Below, in pieces: positions 1-12,220 of a DNA stretch of 64,000 nt. A program made the translations under genes and the position numbers. Below the pieces are notes generated by a model. That model ran no database searches. It had not been told where the DNA came from and worked only from the letters and a program-made list of their open reading frames with translations. The stretch is taken from contig CM120646.1 of assembly GCA_051362555.1 (NCBI GenBank), positions 558,001-622,000 on the forward strand. The letters are read 5' to 3'. Position 1 is the first letter of the stretch. Each line of letters opens with the position of its first letter. This DNA is from Lingula anatina. Lineage: Eukaryota; Animalia; Brachiopoda.

Positions 1-182
1 AATAGAAAATAGATTTTTAGAAAATAGACGTTGAATGTGAATGGTATCTAAGTTGAAGCAGTTTCCCATATTAAACATGGCTTGTTATTCTCGTTCTCTT
101 TTACAGTAGTATAATACGTGCATAGAGTTTTCATAGTTAACACCAAATCTGCTGCTGTTGACTCAAAGTTTCACAAACATAA

Positions 183-3100
183 ATGTTTGGTATGGAATTT
201 TCTGAAAAATAGGGGACATTTTTTGGGTAATTTTGGCCCTCAGTTTACTATGTTTTATTCCATTTTTGCAAGTGTTGGTTTGTGTACGATGAATTATGTG
301 CTATATTATTTTAGCATCTGTATATTTTGCTAAACAGGTGATTTCCATGGAGGTCGAGTATACGGAGAGCGGGTTCATGGTTTAAGTACAGTGATTTGTG
401 TGGATACTTCTGGGAGTATGGAAGGAGAAGCTTTCACTGACATGAAAAATGCAATACACAAGATTCTTGATGGTGAGATACCCGCATAAGATGTTACATA
501 TGTGGTCTTTATTGTGACACACTGTTTAATGTGTCTTCTTTCTAGAATATATACAGGGTACATTTAAGAACTAATAAACTATTTAAAAACTTTCATAATA
601 CAATTATTACCTCCGCCAAGAAGGTTATGTTTTTACCCCTGTTTGTTTGTCATCAGCATAACTCAAAAAGTTATGGATGAATTTGGATGGAATTTTTAGT
701 GTAGGTCAGAAATGAGTTAACTTACAAGTGATTAGTTTTTGGTGCTGATCTGGATCAATAATTAAAAATAAAAAGTTATGGATCAATTTTGATGAAATTT
801 TCAGGAACTGTCAGAAATGGGCCAAAGAACAGATGATTAGTTTTTGGTGGTAATCTGGATCAATAATCAATCTATAATCAATAACCAATCAAAAATAAAA
901 AAACAAGTTATGGACTGATTTTGATGAAATTTACAGGAACTGTCAGAAGTGGGCCAAGGAACAGATGATTAGTTTTTGGCAGTGATCCAGATCAATAATC
1001 AATCAATAATCAAAAAAAATAAATCATTATAGAATGAAAATATAGGGGTGGAAAGGCATTGGATGGAGACTTTGCTTCCTTGGCGGAGGTTTGCACTCTC
1101 TGAGTGCTTTTCTAGTCATTCTGTGCACTTACTTTATCTGAAATGTTCATACTAAAAGCTTTGTCTGAAGATGTTTATACATGCATTTAAAATCATATTT
1201 CATTTTTATTGAAATTAATTGGAATTTAAACAAAACCAATAACTGAATTAATAGGAAGATTCCTTATTGTATTGCAGACGCAGAGTACACGCACAATGTG
1301 TATGAATTCAAGGAGTTGATTGGGCTTGTACAGTGCGGGTCAGGGTCAGACGGTCATACTGTTGTGAGTTTAACAGACAACTATAACCAGATAAGAAGGG
1401 CACTAGGTAGGTGCAGGAGAGAACATGGTATTCTGGCATTGCAAGGTTTCCCAAAAATTATTGACTGGTTTGGCAGAATATTTTTTTATCCAATATTCAA
1501 GTTATTTTACCTGTCTCAAAAAATAATTGCTTAGTTGGCTCTACAAGCCTCTCTCCAAAGATTAATCTCATTATATTGCAATTTAAATTTTATATTTACT
1601 TAAGAAAGTGTACAGAGGGCAAACCAACTTTGGGAGGGGTGATTTTATCACTTAGATATCTGGTTAAAACAGGTATAAGTCACTCTGTAAGTACACTTCA
1701 AATATAAGTAATTTATTTTGAGCCTGAATATTTAGCATACAACGATATAATTAATTAAAGTATCATACATGTACCTTAACATATTTTCTCTTAAGTGTGA
1801 GTTTGTGTGTGAGTGCTGTTTCGAACCTTTTTGTATTTTCATATATTTGTGATGTATTGTGTCAATGATAAAAAAGGTTTGTGTATGTGAGAGAGAGAGA
1901 GAGAGAGGACCAAAATTGTCGAATGGCAAGTGCATATTTCTAAATGATAACAAAAGAATTGATATTTATTCCAGATCGTCTGAGTCCAAGCGGAATGAGT
2001 CCTTTAGCAACAGGCATCAGGGAGGCCGTACACGAACTAAAGCGACACTGTAAGTTATGCCTCATTTTCAGTTGCAAGATTTGTACAAACCCATATACTT
2101 TACCTTCTACCAGGGCCGAAGTTATTATTCCATGGACATTATTGCTGAGACTAACAGAACAGAGAATATAGACATCTATTTAACCAGAGACATATCTGTT
2201 AATATTTAGTGAAAAATCAGTATGTGGCCCTGGTAGAGGGTATGTTCACTGGACCATTTTACATATATAGGTCTTCATTTTCAAGGACTGTAGTCCCATA
2301 TCAAGCCATACACGTACATGAATTACGTAGGTGTATTACGCGCGACTATTGTTCAAAATTCTGAATAGTTGTTGTTATTAGGCTAAACCTGTTATCGGCT
2401 TACATTAAAACTGTTGAGTCCCACGTTTTTATTTGTAACCTGTAAATGTTTTATCAGAATTATTACCATTTTATAGTATTTATTCTAAGTACATTTGGTA
2501 ATGTCATATAATTATTGTAGCTAGCGTCCTGGTAGTTAGCAGACAGATGGTGCCATCCAGGCTTTTGGTTTTCACCGACGGCATACCAACGGATGAGAAT
2601 GACTATGGGAGCACTGTTGACTTAACCAGGGCGTCCACAGCGGTATGTGACTTGTGGTATTTGCTAAGATAACATGCTCTTATGTTACGTTTGGGACGTT
2701 AGCCCCCGGGATGGAGCAACTGACTAGACTTGGTGTTGTATAATATCAAAGATATGAATTTTCATGGTCACTTTTTCACTTGACAGGTTTATATTATTTT
2801 GCCATTATCTGGAGATTTCATCTTTCAACTAGTACTTACCAAGTAGCGGGCATAACAAAACTGAGGTTTGCGTAACAGGAAGTCCGCCCTCCATTTTGTT
2901 ATAATGGTTAGGGTTAGCTTGACCTAAGTGGGTTAAAATTTAGGGTGAGGCTTACCATTTAAAAATGAATTGGAACCGGACTATATATGGAATGTGTAGG
3001 GTTGGAATAATGGATATTCCATGAATTGTTTAGCATCTGTTTCTAACAATGGCATTATTAGTGAGTCCACGGTCATTTGCCAGCCATCTATTAAACAGTT

Positions 3101-6100
3101 TCAGGAGATAGTGTATCTTCACTGTTGCTTCATGGATATATTAATATTTGTCTTCAGGGTAAATATAAAGTCATGACTGCTGTCCAGCGTCCATTTAATG
3201 AACCTGTGTCACTCCAAGCCCGGATAAATTTCATTGGATGTGGAAAAAAATGTGACAGGGTAGGCATAAGTGATGTTTTAAATTGTTTATTCTTTCTTTT
3301 AGTTCGAATTAAACTAATAATCCGCAAAACTTTTTTTTTCAAACAAACTGGCCTATTTGTTTGGGATATGTAATTATCGTTTATTTCCTGAGCAGGATAA
3401 TGCATATGATTATAATAGGGAAGAAATGGCTAAACTTGCGTGACACTTAGAATTAAAACGTAACATTCTTCTAGCTAACCAATGTATCTTCAGGTGTTTC
3501 TAGAGAACGCTGCCAAGGCAGGAAGGGGGAAATTCTTCAGAGCAGACGATGAACTTGATGTCCGCCGACTGGGTGGATACTACAGACGACTGGTGGGAGA
3601 TTATTGATCTTTTTGAGATTTTTTGATAATAATTAATTGATTTTAACTGAAACACGAGTGTTTAGCTGTAACTTTAAGCAAGACAATCAGTGATACAGTG
3701 TGAAATAGTTACAAACATCTTAATACAGTTACCAAGTTATTTGTGCTAATTAAAGCTTTAAGTAATTTACTGTTGCATGGATCATTTAAGAAATGTTTTA
3801 TTTTCAATATACAACATAATTTATATCACTTCCGTTTCAAATGATAAAAGAGCATTCAGTAAAAATAGATGTATTAACAAATTTTAATAAAAAAGATAAC
3901 AACAAATGTATGATATAAAATCTTTGTGAATTTATCTTTCATCTCTTTGTAGGTTTGGGTTTGCAGATTCATCTGTCCTTTCCGAGGTAAGAAAGCAGAG
4001 AAAGGGCGAACAAATCTTTTGTGTCTAATTTTTGTCAATCCTTATATAAATATTATGCATTTCTGTTATAATTTATCTGGTCTCTTGCTCACAGAACATA
4101 GTCCACATTATTTTGGTACTCGGTTAAACATACTTTAATTTCCTGCTTTGATTTTTTATATAGAAAAGGAATTCATCAACCAGTTAGTAAATACCAAAAA
4201 CACCTTTTCAACATGGATGCGCGCCACCAAGAGCACGGAAATATTTGACACAGATCTGAGTGATTTTGATATGGTAATAATAGAATAACCAGTTTGATAA
4301 TAAATACCATACGTTATTTACACCAAAATATTTCAATGAGCAACACGTAAAATGTAACTTGCATTATTTAAATCTTGCCATTGCTCCTGACATTGGTTGT
4401 GACATGGTAGCACCCCCTGTAGTTATTATTGAGCATTTTATAATGAAAACATCGTATGTAAATAGTGCCTTCTTTCTGGCAGTCCTAGTGTAACTTAATT
4501 ATAAATGTAAAAACATAAAGTTGTCAGTGCAGTAGCATATAAGATATAAGATATAAGAGGTAACATACACCGTGAGATTGTGGAAACATTTGTCCATTTT
4601 CAGGATGAAATGTATGAAATATTGCAAGAGCTGATTGGTCCCAAAGCGCTGACAGATCTGGATGTGGAGGACTTACAGAGGACAGCACTTATACAGCGTG
4701 AACTGCCACTGGGGATACGTGTGAGACAAGGACCTGACTGGAAATATGGTGACCAAGATAATAACGGTCCTGGGACAGTGTCTGGGTATGAAAAGGGAGG
4801 TAGGTGAAGTCTATGGGCGGCCAAAAGGGCAAAAAATCATGTCGTCGATTCAGTTATGTTTCGTCGATTCACTGCCTTCCCATCGATTCAGTTTCAAGTT
4901 TAAACGATCCTGTCATAAATTCAACATCTACACTCATCAATTCAACTGTCAAACATTTTTCATCTATGGTGTATTAATTAAAACCAATGCTGTGACTATT
5001 TTCGTCGATCGTGTAACTATTCTCGTCGATCTTCAAACTATTTGCGTCGATCGTGTAACTATTCTCGTCGATCGTCTAATCTCGTCGATCGTGTAACTAT
5101 TCTCATCGATCGTCTCATCGATCGATCGTCAGAGGGCGCTGCGGTAGCAGCACGTGCTTCTGTCTGTCAATCACGCAAATTTTTTACTCAGCCAGCCATG
5201 GTCAGAGTTGAAAACAACTAGAAAATAATGTCCCTACAACCGAATAGATTTTAATTGTTAACAACTAAAATTGAAATTGTTGAAAAAATGTTCTTATTTC
5301 ACTAGCAATCATTTTGTTGTCTGCCTTTTTGATAGTCATGTGATAGGCCAATGTGCTACCGCAGCACCCTCTGGCAATAGATCGATGAGATGATCGGCGA
5401 GAATAGACGATGGATGAGAATAGTTACACGATCGAGGAGATTAGTTGGACGATCGAGGAGATTAGACGATCGACGAATATAGTTACACGATCGACGAAAA
5501 TAGTGACAGCATTGGTTTTAATACACCATAGATGAGAAATGTTTAACAATTGAATTGACGAAAGTAGATGTTGAATTTATGACAGGATCGTTTAAACTTG
5601 AAACTGAATCGATGGGAAGGCAGTGAATCGACGAAACATAACTGAATCGACGACATGATTTTTTGCCCTTTCGGCCGCCCATAGAAGTCCTTTGAAAATG
5701 AAATGATAAGACGCTGATGGTTTAGAGGCCGGCTAGTCCTATGTCAAAAACAGCAACTTAATTACGAATAACAACAAGCTTGAGGATCATCCGCTTGCAT
5801 TTGCCACTCGTACATCTTTTTTTGGCTGAAAACACGTAGTTACATTTGACCTACATGTACTTTACAATAATAAACATTTTAATCACTTCAAAGTGCATCT
5901 CTGCCTGTTTTATCTGCATTTTACATACATGTGCTTTTTATCCAATTATACAAGGTTGGGTTAGAGTCCAGTGGGACCACAGCAATGAAGAGTTTGTCTA
6001 TCGGTATGGTCACGATGGACGTAGAGAAGTGCAGGCGGTGAATGAGCCACGCATCCTTAGGGATGATGAATTCATTAAACCTGGTGTAAAAGTCAGACGA

Positions 6101-8651
6101 GGTAATTATAACTTAATGTACATTTTTTTTTGGCTGCCTTTTTTGCTAGGTTTTTGTATAAAAGAAAATGGGGGAATAATTGCAGTCCTGGGAAGAGACT
6201 TTCATAAGTATAGCTCTCATTTCTTGAAGGTGTCTTGTAGAACATGGATGTAATGACATGGTAATAACTCTGGATTTTAACTGTTGTTGGAAAAAAAATT
6301 ATTATAGTTTCAAAGGCAGAATGCGGCTGGTGAAATACCTTGCCAGATGTGGTCAGTATTGGCATTTAGTTAAGTGGTATGAAAGGAATGGGTTCCCATG
6401 CCTAGATCAATCCATCTGGATCGACCTAACTCCCTGGGGGTTCAAGCTAAATTGCTATCATCTGAAGAGGCTTAAACGTCTGTCACTCCTACCGAATCAG
6501 CTAGGGGGTAATTATCCTTCTTGCATGCTCGGGCCTCTCTGGTAGCAGATAGCAATTAAGTGAGACCCCCCGAGAAGATAGATTGATCCAAATATCTGTG
6601 GGAATGGTCCAGTAATCTTCTGTAAATACTGTCACTGCCCTGTCATACTTTTAGGTCCACACTGGAACGCTGGCAATAATGACGGAGGTCCTGGAAGTAT
6701 TGGCACTGTTTACAAAGTAGAAGAAGCTGGAATAGTTTATGTAAGTTAAACTGATAAAGAACAATTCAGTGTCATACTATTATGCATAACTTCTGGAAGT
6801 ATGAAAACGACAAAATAATTCGTAATCTAGATGCATAATTGATTATACCATCACACCACATATACACGCATACATTCTGTTACTTTTGAGTGCTTTTCAT
6901 TTGTTGTACAATAATATGTGCAACAAAAGTTCTGTAACCAAAAAGGCCAGGAAATCGAGAAATATACTTTTTATTGTAAATATCTCTTGAAATTAAACTG
7001 TGGGTAAAGGTGGTTTCCCTATTCTCTTTTTGAGTTATTCAAACAATTATTTCCTAATTTTGTAGGTTCTTTGGCCGACGCGGGTGGCAAGCAACCATCG
7101 CTATGGTTATGATGGGCGATTTGAAGTTGAGCTGGTGTAAGAATTTTTCCACTAATTAACAAAATGCTTATTTTTTTTACTTCTTTTTTGTTTCATGGCA
7201 GTGATCAGGTCTGGTTTTAACCTTATTTTCATCTCATTGTCATTTTACCTTCACCTAAATGATATGATTATATACCAGTACTTAAACTTGTGGTATTGTT
7301 CATGTTTAATCTAGAGATAACAGTAACACTGTGTCAGTAGTATAGGCAATTTTTTGGTAAATACGGCTAAAAGTAAAAATCTAGTCAATTTGCTTGACGT
7401 TCAGAGAAAGCTTTTTGCATCTGCGAGTGAGTGGCATTATTCTCTTAATCAAGGTTGTATCAATTAATAAACTATATTCATATAGGGAGGAGTCTACTCA
7501 ACATGAAGGTGATGAGGACGGTTCAGGTTTTATTACAGATGGTGAGTTTGCTGTTTGATACTGCTTTCAAAGCTTTGGTCTTTAATCGAAATGTTTTTCC
7601 TAGAATGAAATACTAAATTTGAAACACAATCGTTCGGTAAGTGTTATAATTTTGACCATTGTGTCTGCAAAATTCTAATAAAATTGATCAAATATCACAT
7701 GCATTTTTGTTTTCATCCGTGTACATAAACAACAAATTAAAGCCCCCCACACTGTATCCTTCAGATGGAAAGGTTGCCCTGTGGCAGTGGAATTCTAATG
7801 GAAACTGGACTGCGTACCCCAAATATGTGAACACAAAACTGGAGCGCTCTTATCGAACACGTCCATCCACTAGTGTTGAAGTTAACGTTGCTGGGCTTTG
7901 GTGAGTATCTCGTTTCTGTCTTACCTTTTAAAACTGCCTTTGAAAATAACAAAAACGCAACATACTGAAAGGTTTTTGTTTTACAATTTAATTCAGAACA
8001 AATATTTTATTAAAATTAGGTAACTATTTCGGAAACTTGACTTTGGAAGAACTCTTTAAGTTTCAGTGTTACCCAAAGCATACAGCATTCCATTGTTACC
8101 TTTATTGATTACAAAAAAATCTCATTTCAGTCAACGCATCAACTTTGAGAGTATGACAGCGCTATGTACAGACATCAATGAAACCTATGAAATCCAGAGA
8201 ACTGGTCAGTTCTATTATAATTATTATTAATATTATTATTAGAAAACTGAATATGTTGGCATGAGATATCCCCCTAAACAGGGCTTTGTTTCGATGATTT
8301 TTTTTTTTCACCAGAACTCTCATGGATTGCTGATCGAAACTTTATCTAAAATTTCCATTGGTTATTTTAACTCTTAATTCAATCATTTCACTACTCTTTG
8401 CCAAAGTGCGTTTTTAAATTTACTTTCAAATTGATGACCTCTGCTCACGTGTATCGTTACCTTAAAATGAAATAAAAAATGTATTCATTAAAAAGACAAA
8501 TGAATTTAGGCCCTTTAGTATTCTGGATAGAGTCATACTTTCTTTTATCGTGGAACTAATTTAGAGTCTTTTTATAAATCATTCTGTTTCATTTACAGAA
8601 CTATCACTTGAAGATTTTGAAGCTGTTCGCGTTGGACTAGAAGGATACTGA
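183..8651 (+). CDS. Spliced gene (17 coding exons, 543 aa): vWA domain + two MIB/HERC2 domains + C-terminal WWE domain
   Basis: GT-AG exons 183-189, 338-472, 1278-1406, 1975-2049, 2521-2642, 3158-3259, 3494-3592, 3953-3986, 4164-4273, 4604-4799, 5955-6101, 6655-6740, 7066-7136, 7486-7541, 7765-7900, 8131-8204, 8599-8651 sum to 1632 nt with compatible phases. The ATG at 183 is preceded by an in-frame TAA. Motifs: VICVDTSGSM (MIDAS DxSxS) and LLVFTDG (vWA); GIRVRQGPDWKYGDQD...VRVQWD...YRYG and GVKVRRGPHWNAGNNDGGPGSIGTV...VLWP...HRYGYDGRFEV (MIB/HERC2 x2); WQWNSNGNWTAYPKYVNTKLE...INFESM (WWE). Confidence 0.9.
604..1116 (+). mobile_element. Non-autonomous Helentron (HINE/DINE-1-like) element in an intron of gene 1
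   Basis: Subterminal inverted repeats ACCTCCGCCAAG (609-620) and CTTGGCGGAGGT (1079-1090), a 3' hairpin GCACTC-tct-GAGTGC followed by CTAGT, and about 3 internal tandem core repeats (TTATGGA...TTTGATGAAATT...GTCAGAA...GATTAGTTTTTGG). Confidence 0.8.
2103..2240. mobile_element. Small MITE with TA target duplication
   Basis: Terminal inverted repeats CCTTCTACCAGGGCC / GGCCCTGGTAGAGGG, flanked by TA on both sides. Confidence 0.6.
4812..5683. mobile_element. Foldback MITE with ~350-bp inverted arms and a 6-bp TSD (IS3EU-like)
   Basis: Termini TATGGGCGGCC...GGCCGCCCATA, long near-perfect inverted arms rich in TCGA/GATC, and direct repeat GAAGTC at 4806-4811 and 5684-5689. TAYGG ends with a 6-bp TSD fit the IS3EU superfamily. 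Confidence 0.8.
6392..6605. mobile_element. ~215-bp MITE, copy 1 (GTTCCCACAGAT TIR family)
   Basis: Shares TGGATC(G/A)ACCTAACTCCCTGGGGGTTCA and GTGAGAC...TCTGTGGGAA with the copy at 11870-12088. Confidence 0.65.
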
Positions 8652-9170
8652 AACAACATTAGGGAAAAAGGGACTCCAAAAAGAGAATTTTCACAATAGA
8701 TCACACTTTATATTCACATTGTTTGTTTCATGACATTTTCAAGGTGTGAATGGACATCATTTGGTGGACCAAGCGTGGTGGTCCACCTTTCAGTGCAATA
8801 TCTATGTGCTTAGCTCTCATGTGAGAGAAACTGTGATCCAGAACTGTTGGCTTTAAACCTGCCTTGCCCATCTTTGGTTAGGGAAAGGGCATCGATACTT
8901 GATCCTGCAAATCTGTATAATATTTGACTGTTGAAAATCCAATTTATTTAAAAGCTCTTTTTACGGTCAAATACTCACCAACTAAATTTTTTTTGCTAGG
9001 TGAAAAATAACTTGGAAAATTAAGATTTATGTTTAAACTGTATTTAAAGAAATTCATAATTCATTTGCTTTATAGTAAATAATAAGTTGTTTGATAATTC
9101 CAACAGTTAGAATTGTGCCAATGAATTATAATAGCTTGATTGTATTCTGTTGTTTATTTGCGTTAATAAT

Positions 9171-9176
9171 AATAAA
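9171..9176 (+). promoter_or_regulatory. Candidate polyadenylation signal of gene 1
   Basis: AATAAA about 520 nt downstream of the stop at 8651. Confidence 0.4.
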
Positions 9177-11869
9177 GAATCACAGTGTAATCAATGCAAA
9201 CAAAGAATAGGAATGGATTATCAGGAGTACGTTTTCTATATCATATTTCACGTCCAAACATTAATTTCAAATTGAAAAAAATAAATGTAGCTGAAATTAT
9301 TAAATTAATTCTTAAAAATGGCTGGAATTAAAAGATTTAAGTTACTCCCTGCATCCCAACCCGGTCAATTACCATATGGATATTGAACCATTCCACAGCA
9401 GTTTAAATTATTAGATTAATGAAGTAAAGAAGAGAGTTCATTGTATCCAAATTCACCACTGCTGTACAAAAAATTGTATATCAACTACAACTCGATCTTA
9501 ACCTGCGTATTGATCTGACCCCATTAATAGTAAGAGCATTCCTTCTGCTTTGAAAGCATATTTAAATACGTTTACATAAAATTTTATATTACAGAACAAC
9601 TATCTTCATCAGGAGATTGCTGGAAGCCTAAGATTCACCAACAATGCACCAAAAAAGCTTCACCGAAACGCGTTCATAATCTCTACCCCCTTTTTTTAAT
9701 TCCTTTGACTGTAAATAAACCCCCACTACTATGCGTTTGGCCCTATTGGCTTAACCTTAACCTCAATGTCTTTGTGAGAGCTTTCAAAAGTGCTGTGACC
9801 TTCCCATGACAACCAAATTCCTGCGCCTTTCAGTCAATGGGAATGTATAGATCTATTGAGTGAACACAAAGATAGGTTCACCAGGTCGTTTGAAGTAAAT
9901 ACATGGTAAGCTTGTCAATGAAAACATGGCAATTACATCAAATCAGGGCTACTAAATTACATTTTCAGTTTTTCTCCTGCTCATAAAAACTCTTTACGCG
10001 CGAGCTGGTTTTTCACAAACTGCACCAAATTAATGTATTTTTCAAAAGTCTGATATTTTTTGTCTTTTTTCTTTGGAAGCGAAGTTTCAGTTCCATTGCT
10101 CTCTTTGGTTTCATAACTGCTCAAACTTAAAGTTGCAGATCGTGAAAGGCCTTTCTCTTGCCTCTCGTCGGATTTGGTCATTTCACCTATAATAGGTATA
10201 ATAAACAAAGCAGACCCGCCAGGGGGCAATGGCTCCCGTCCCATTGCTATGTCTAGTAGCTGACGGAGTGTATTGTTTGAAGAGTCCTCCCACTCTAGAG
10301 AACTCAAAAGGTCTTGCATCTCTCTGGCTGAGATAGTGAAGACGGGTCTGAGGAGGCAGTCGGTGGTGAAGCCTCTTCTTGCGTACTGGGGGTCATCTTT
10401 TCCATGGCTTCCCTAATCTCTATCTGCTCAGCCACTACAGTTAAAACCATTGCAAGCAGCTCCAACTTGCTTTTTGACGCAATGGATGTCAAACCTTCTT
10501 TGTCTTCTGTTCCTTTAAGGTCGCCTCTTCTCAGTGTTTCTTTAAAATTTTGAAATATATGGATGTGTTTGCTGTCGACGCTCAAAAGGTCTTGCATCTC
10601 GTCAATGAAAATAAAGTCTCTAAGTGAGGATGTTTTTCCGTCGTTTATTTTCAAAGCAATGTCGGGTCTTCCCCGGAGTAACTCCTGATAACGTGTTATG
10701 GAAAAACGAGGAATTCCAGCTGGGGATCCCTTAGTATCTACTTTCTCACACCTTGTATTAGCTGAGGGCACTTGTTGTTCATTTATAAAGTTCATTAACA
10801 CGTCAAATTCACAAGAGGATATCACCCTTTTCCTTTTCAATAATTGTAGTACTTCCGTTAAGTTTTTGCCACACAGCATTTTTTCTAAAACTTGTTTTAC
10901 TTCCTGTCCTTGCAATGGCTTGGAATCACTGACTTTACTGTCCAATAGGAAATAAATGGACTCTGTATCAAAATGGCCTTTCATTAAAGGCTGCAATCTA
11001 TCACAGTAAGTCTCCAATTTGAGTGCACGTCTCATTAAGGCTGCCTTCCACATTTTCGGCACTAGTGATTCAGTCTAAAAAAAAAAAAGAATTCATCCTT
11101 CAGGGGTAACAGATAATTCGGGACTTGACACCAACTTTTAATGAATTTGACCTGTCCAACTTTCAACCTGTCATGCAAAATCAATCATTTTCCATCCACA
11201 CCTCTCAGTGAGCTTTGTAAATAAATATGCATAATCAAGAATGTTTTAATAACCAAGATGTTCATGAACATATGCCACTTTGAAGTGAAAGCATTTTCAA
11301 TATGTAAGTCCATCTGAAGAAAACAAAGAGAAAAATCTCCCAATTTTTTATAAATCATGGATAAATTTTTAATTCATGCCTTGCTATTGTATGGGGAAGT
11401 TAAGAATGTTTCAGCTGTTTTAGTTTTTAAAATAACAACCCTTAGGGACAACATTTACAAGTTAATACTAACAAAAATTAGACTGCACTAAAGGGATATT
11501 ACGAGATGCACGTTTATTTCACTAACACATTTTGTCCTCAACCTCGAGTATATTTTCCACAATGCCTGGTAACGAATGATTTGCAAATTACTTTCTGGGA
11601 GAATCCAGTTTTGCCATGTTTCCTATAAAGCATTAAACTGTGCCATGTCACCATCTAGCTAAACATGGACATAACTAAATAAAAGATTTTAATAAAAGTC
11701 AATATTACACAAACTTCAAACAACTAAAACTGATGACCTGCGCCGAAAGACATAACATATTTCTCTTCAATTTTTAAAAACCCATTGACACCTTTAAAGT
11801 CTACTTTTGTCTACAGACAAAAGCCATTCATTGAGTAATTTAAAATAAACATTTCTAGACACAGACTGG

Positions 11870-12088
11870 GTTCCCACAGATTTAGATCGACCCATCTGGA
11901 TCAACCTAACTCCCTGGGGGTTCACGTTAAATTGCTGTCAGCTTCCAGGAGCCGAGTGCGCACAAAAGTTAATTAGCCACTTACAACTTTTAGTAGGAAG
12001 GACAGACGTCAAATTTAAGCCGATTAAGCTGACAGCAATCTAGTGAGACTCCCCAGGGGGATAGATCGATCTAAAAATCTGTGGGAAC
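11870..12088. mobile_element. ~220-bp MITE, copy 2
   Basis: TIR GTTCCCACAGATTT / AAATCTGTGGGAAC; homologous to 6392-6605. Confidence 0.7.
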
Positions 12089-12220
12089 GCTCTCATATTC
12101 TGAGATGTGAGACGTCATAATCGCTTCCTTGCAAGTTGCAGAGTTTCGACCTTCAACTTTAACCAGGTTGATTTGCAAACGTAAGATGGTGCTACGAGGG
12201 ACAGAAAAAGAGGTTTCATA

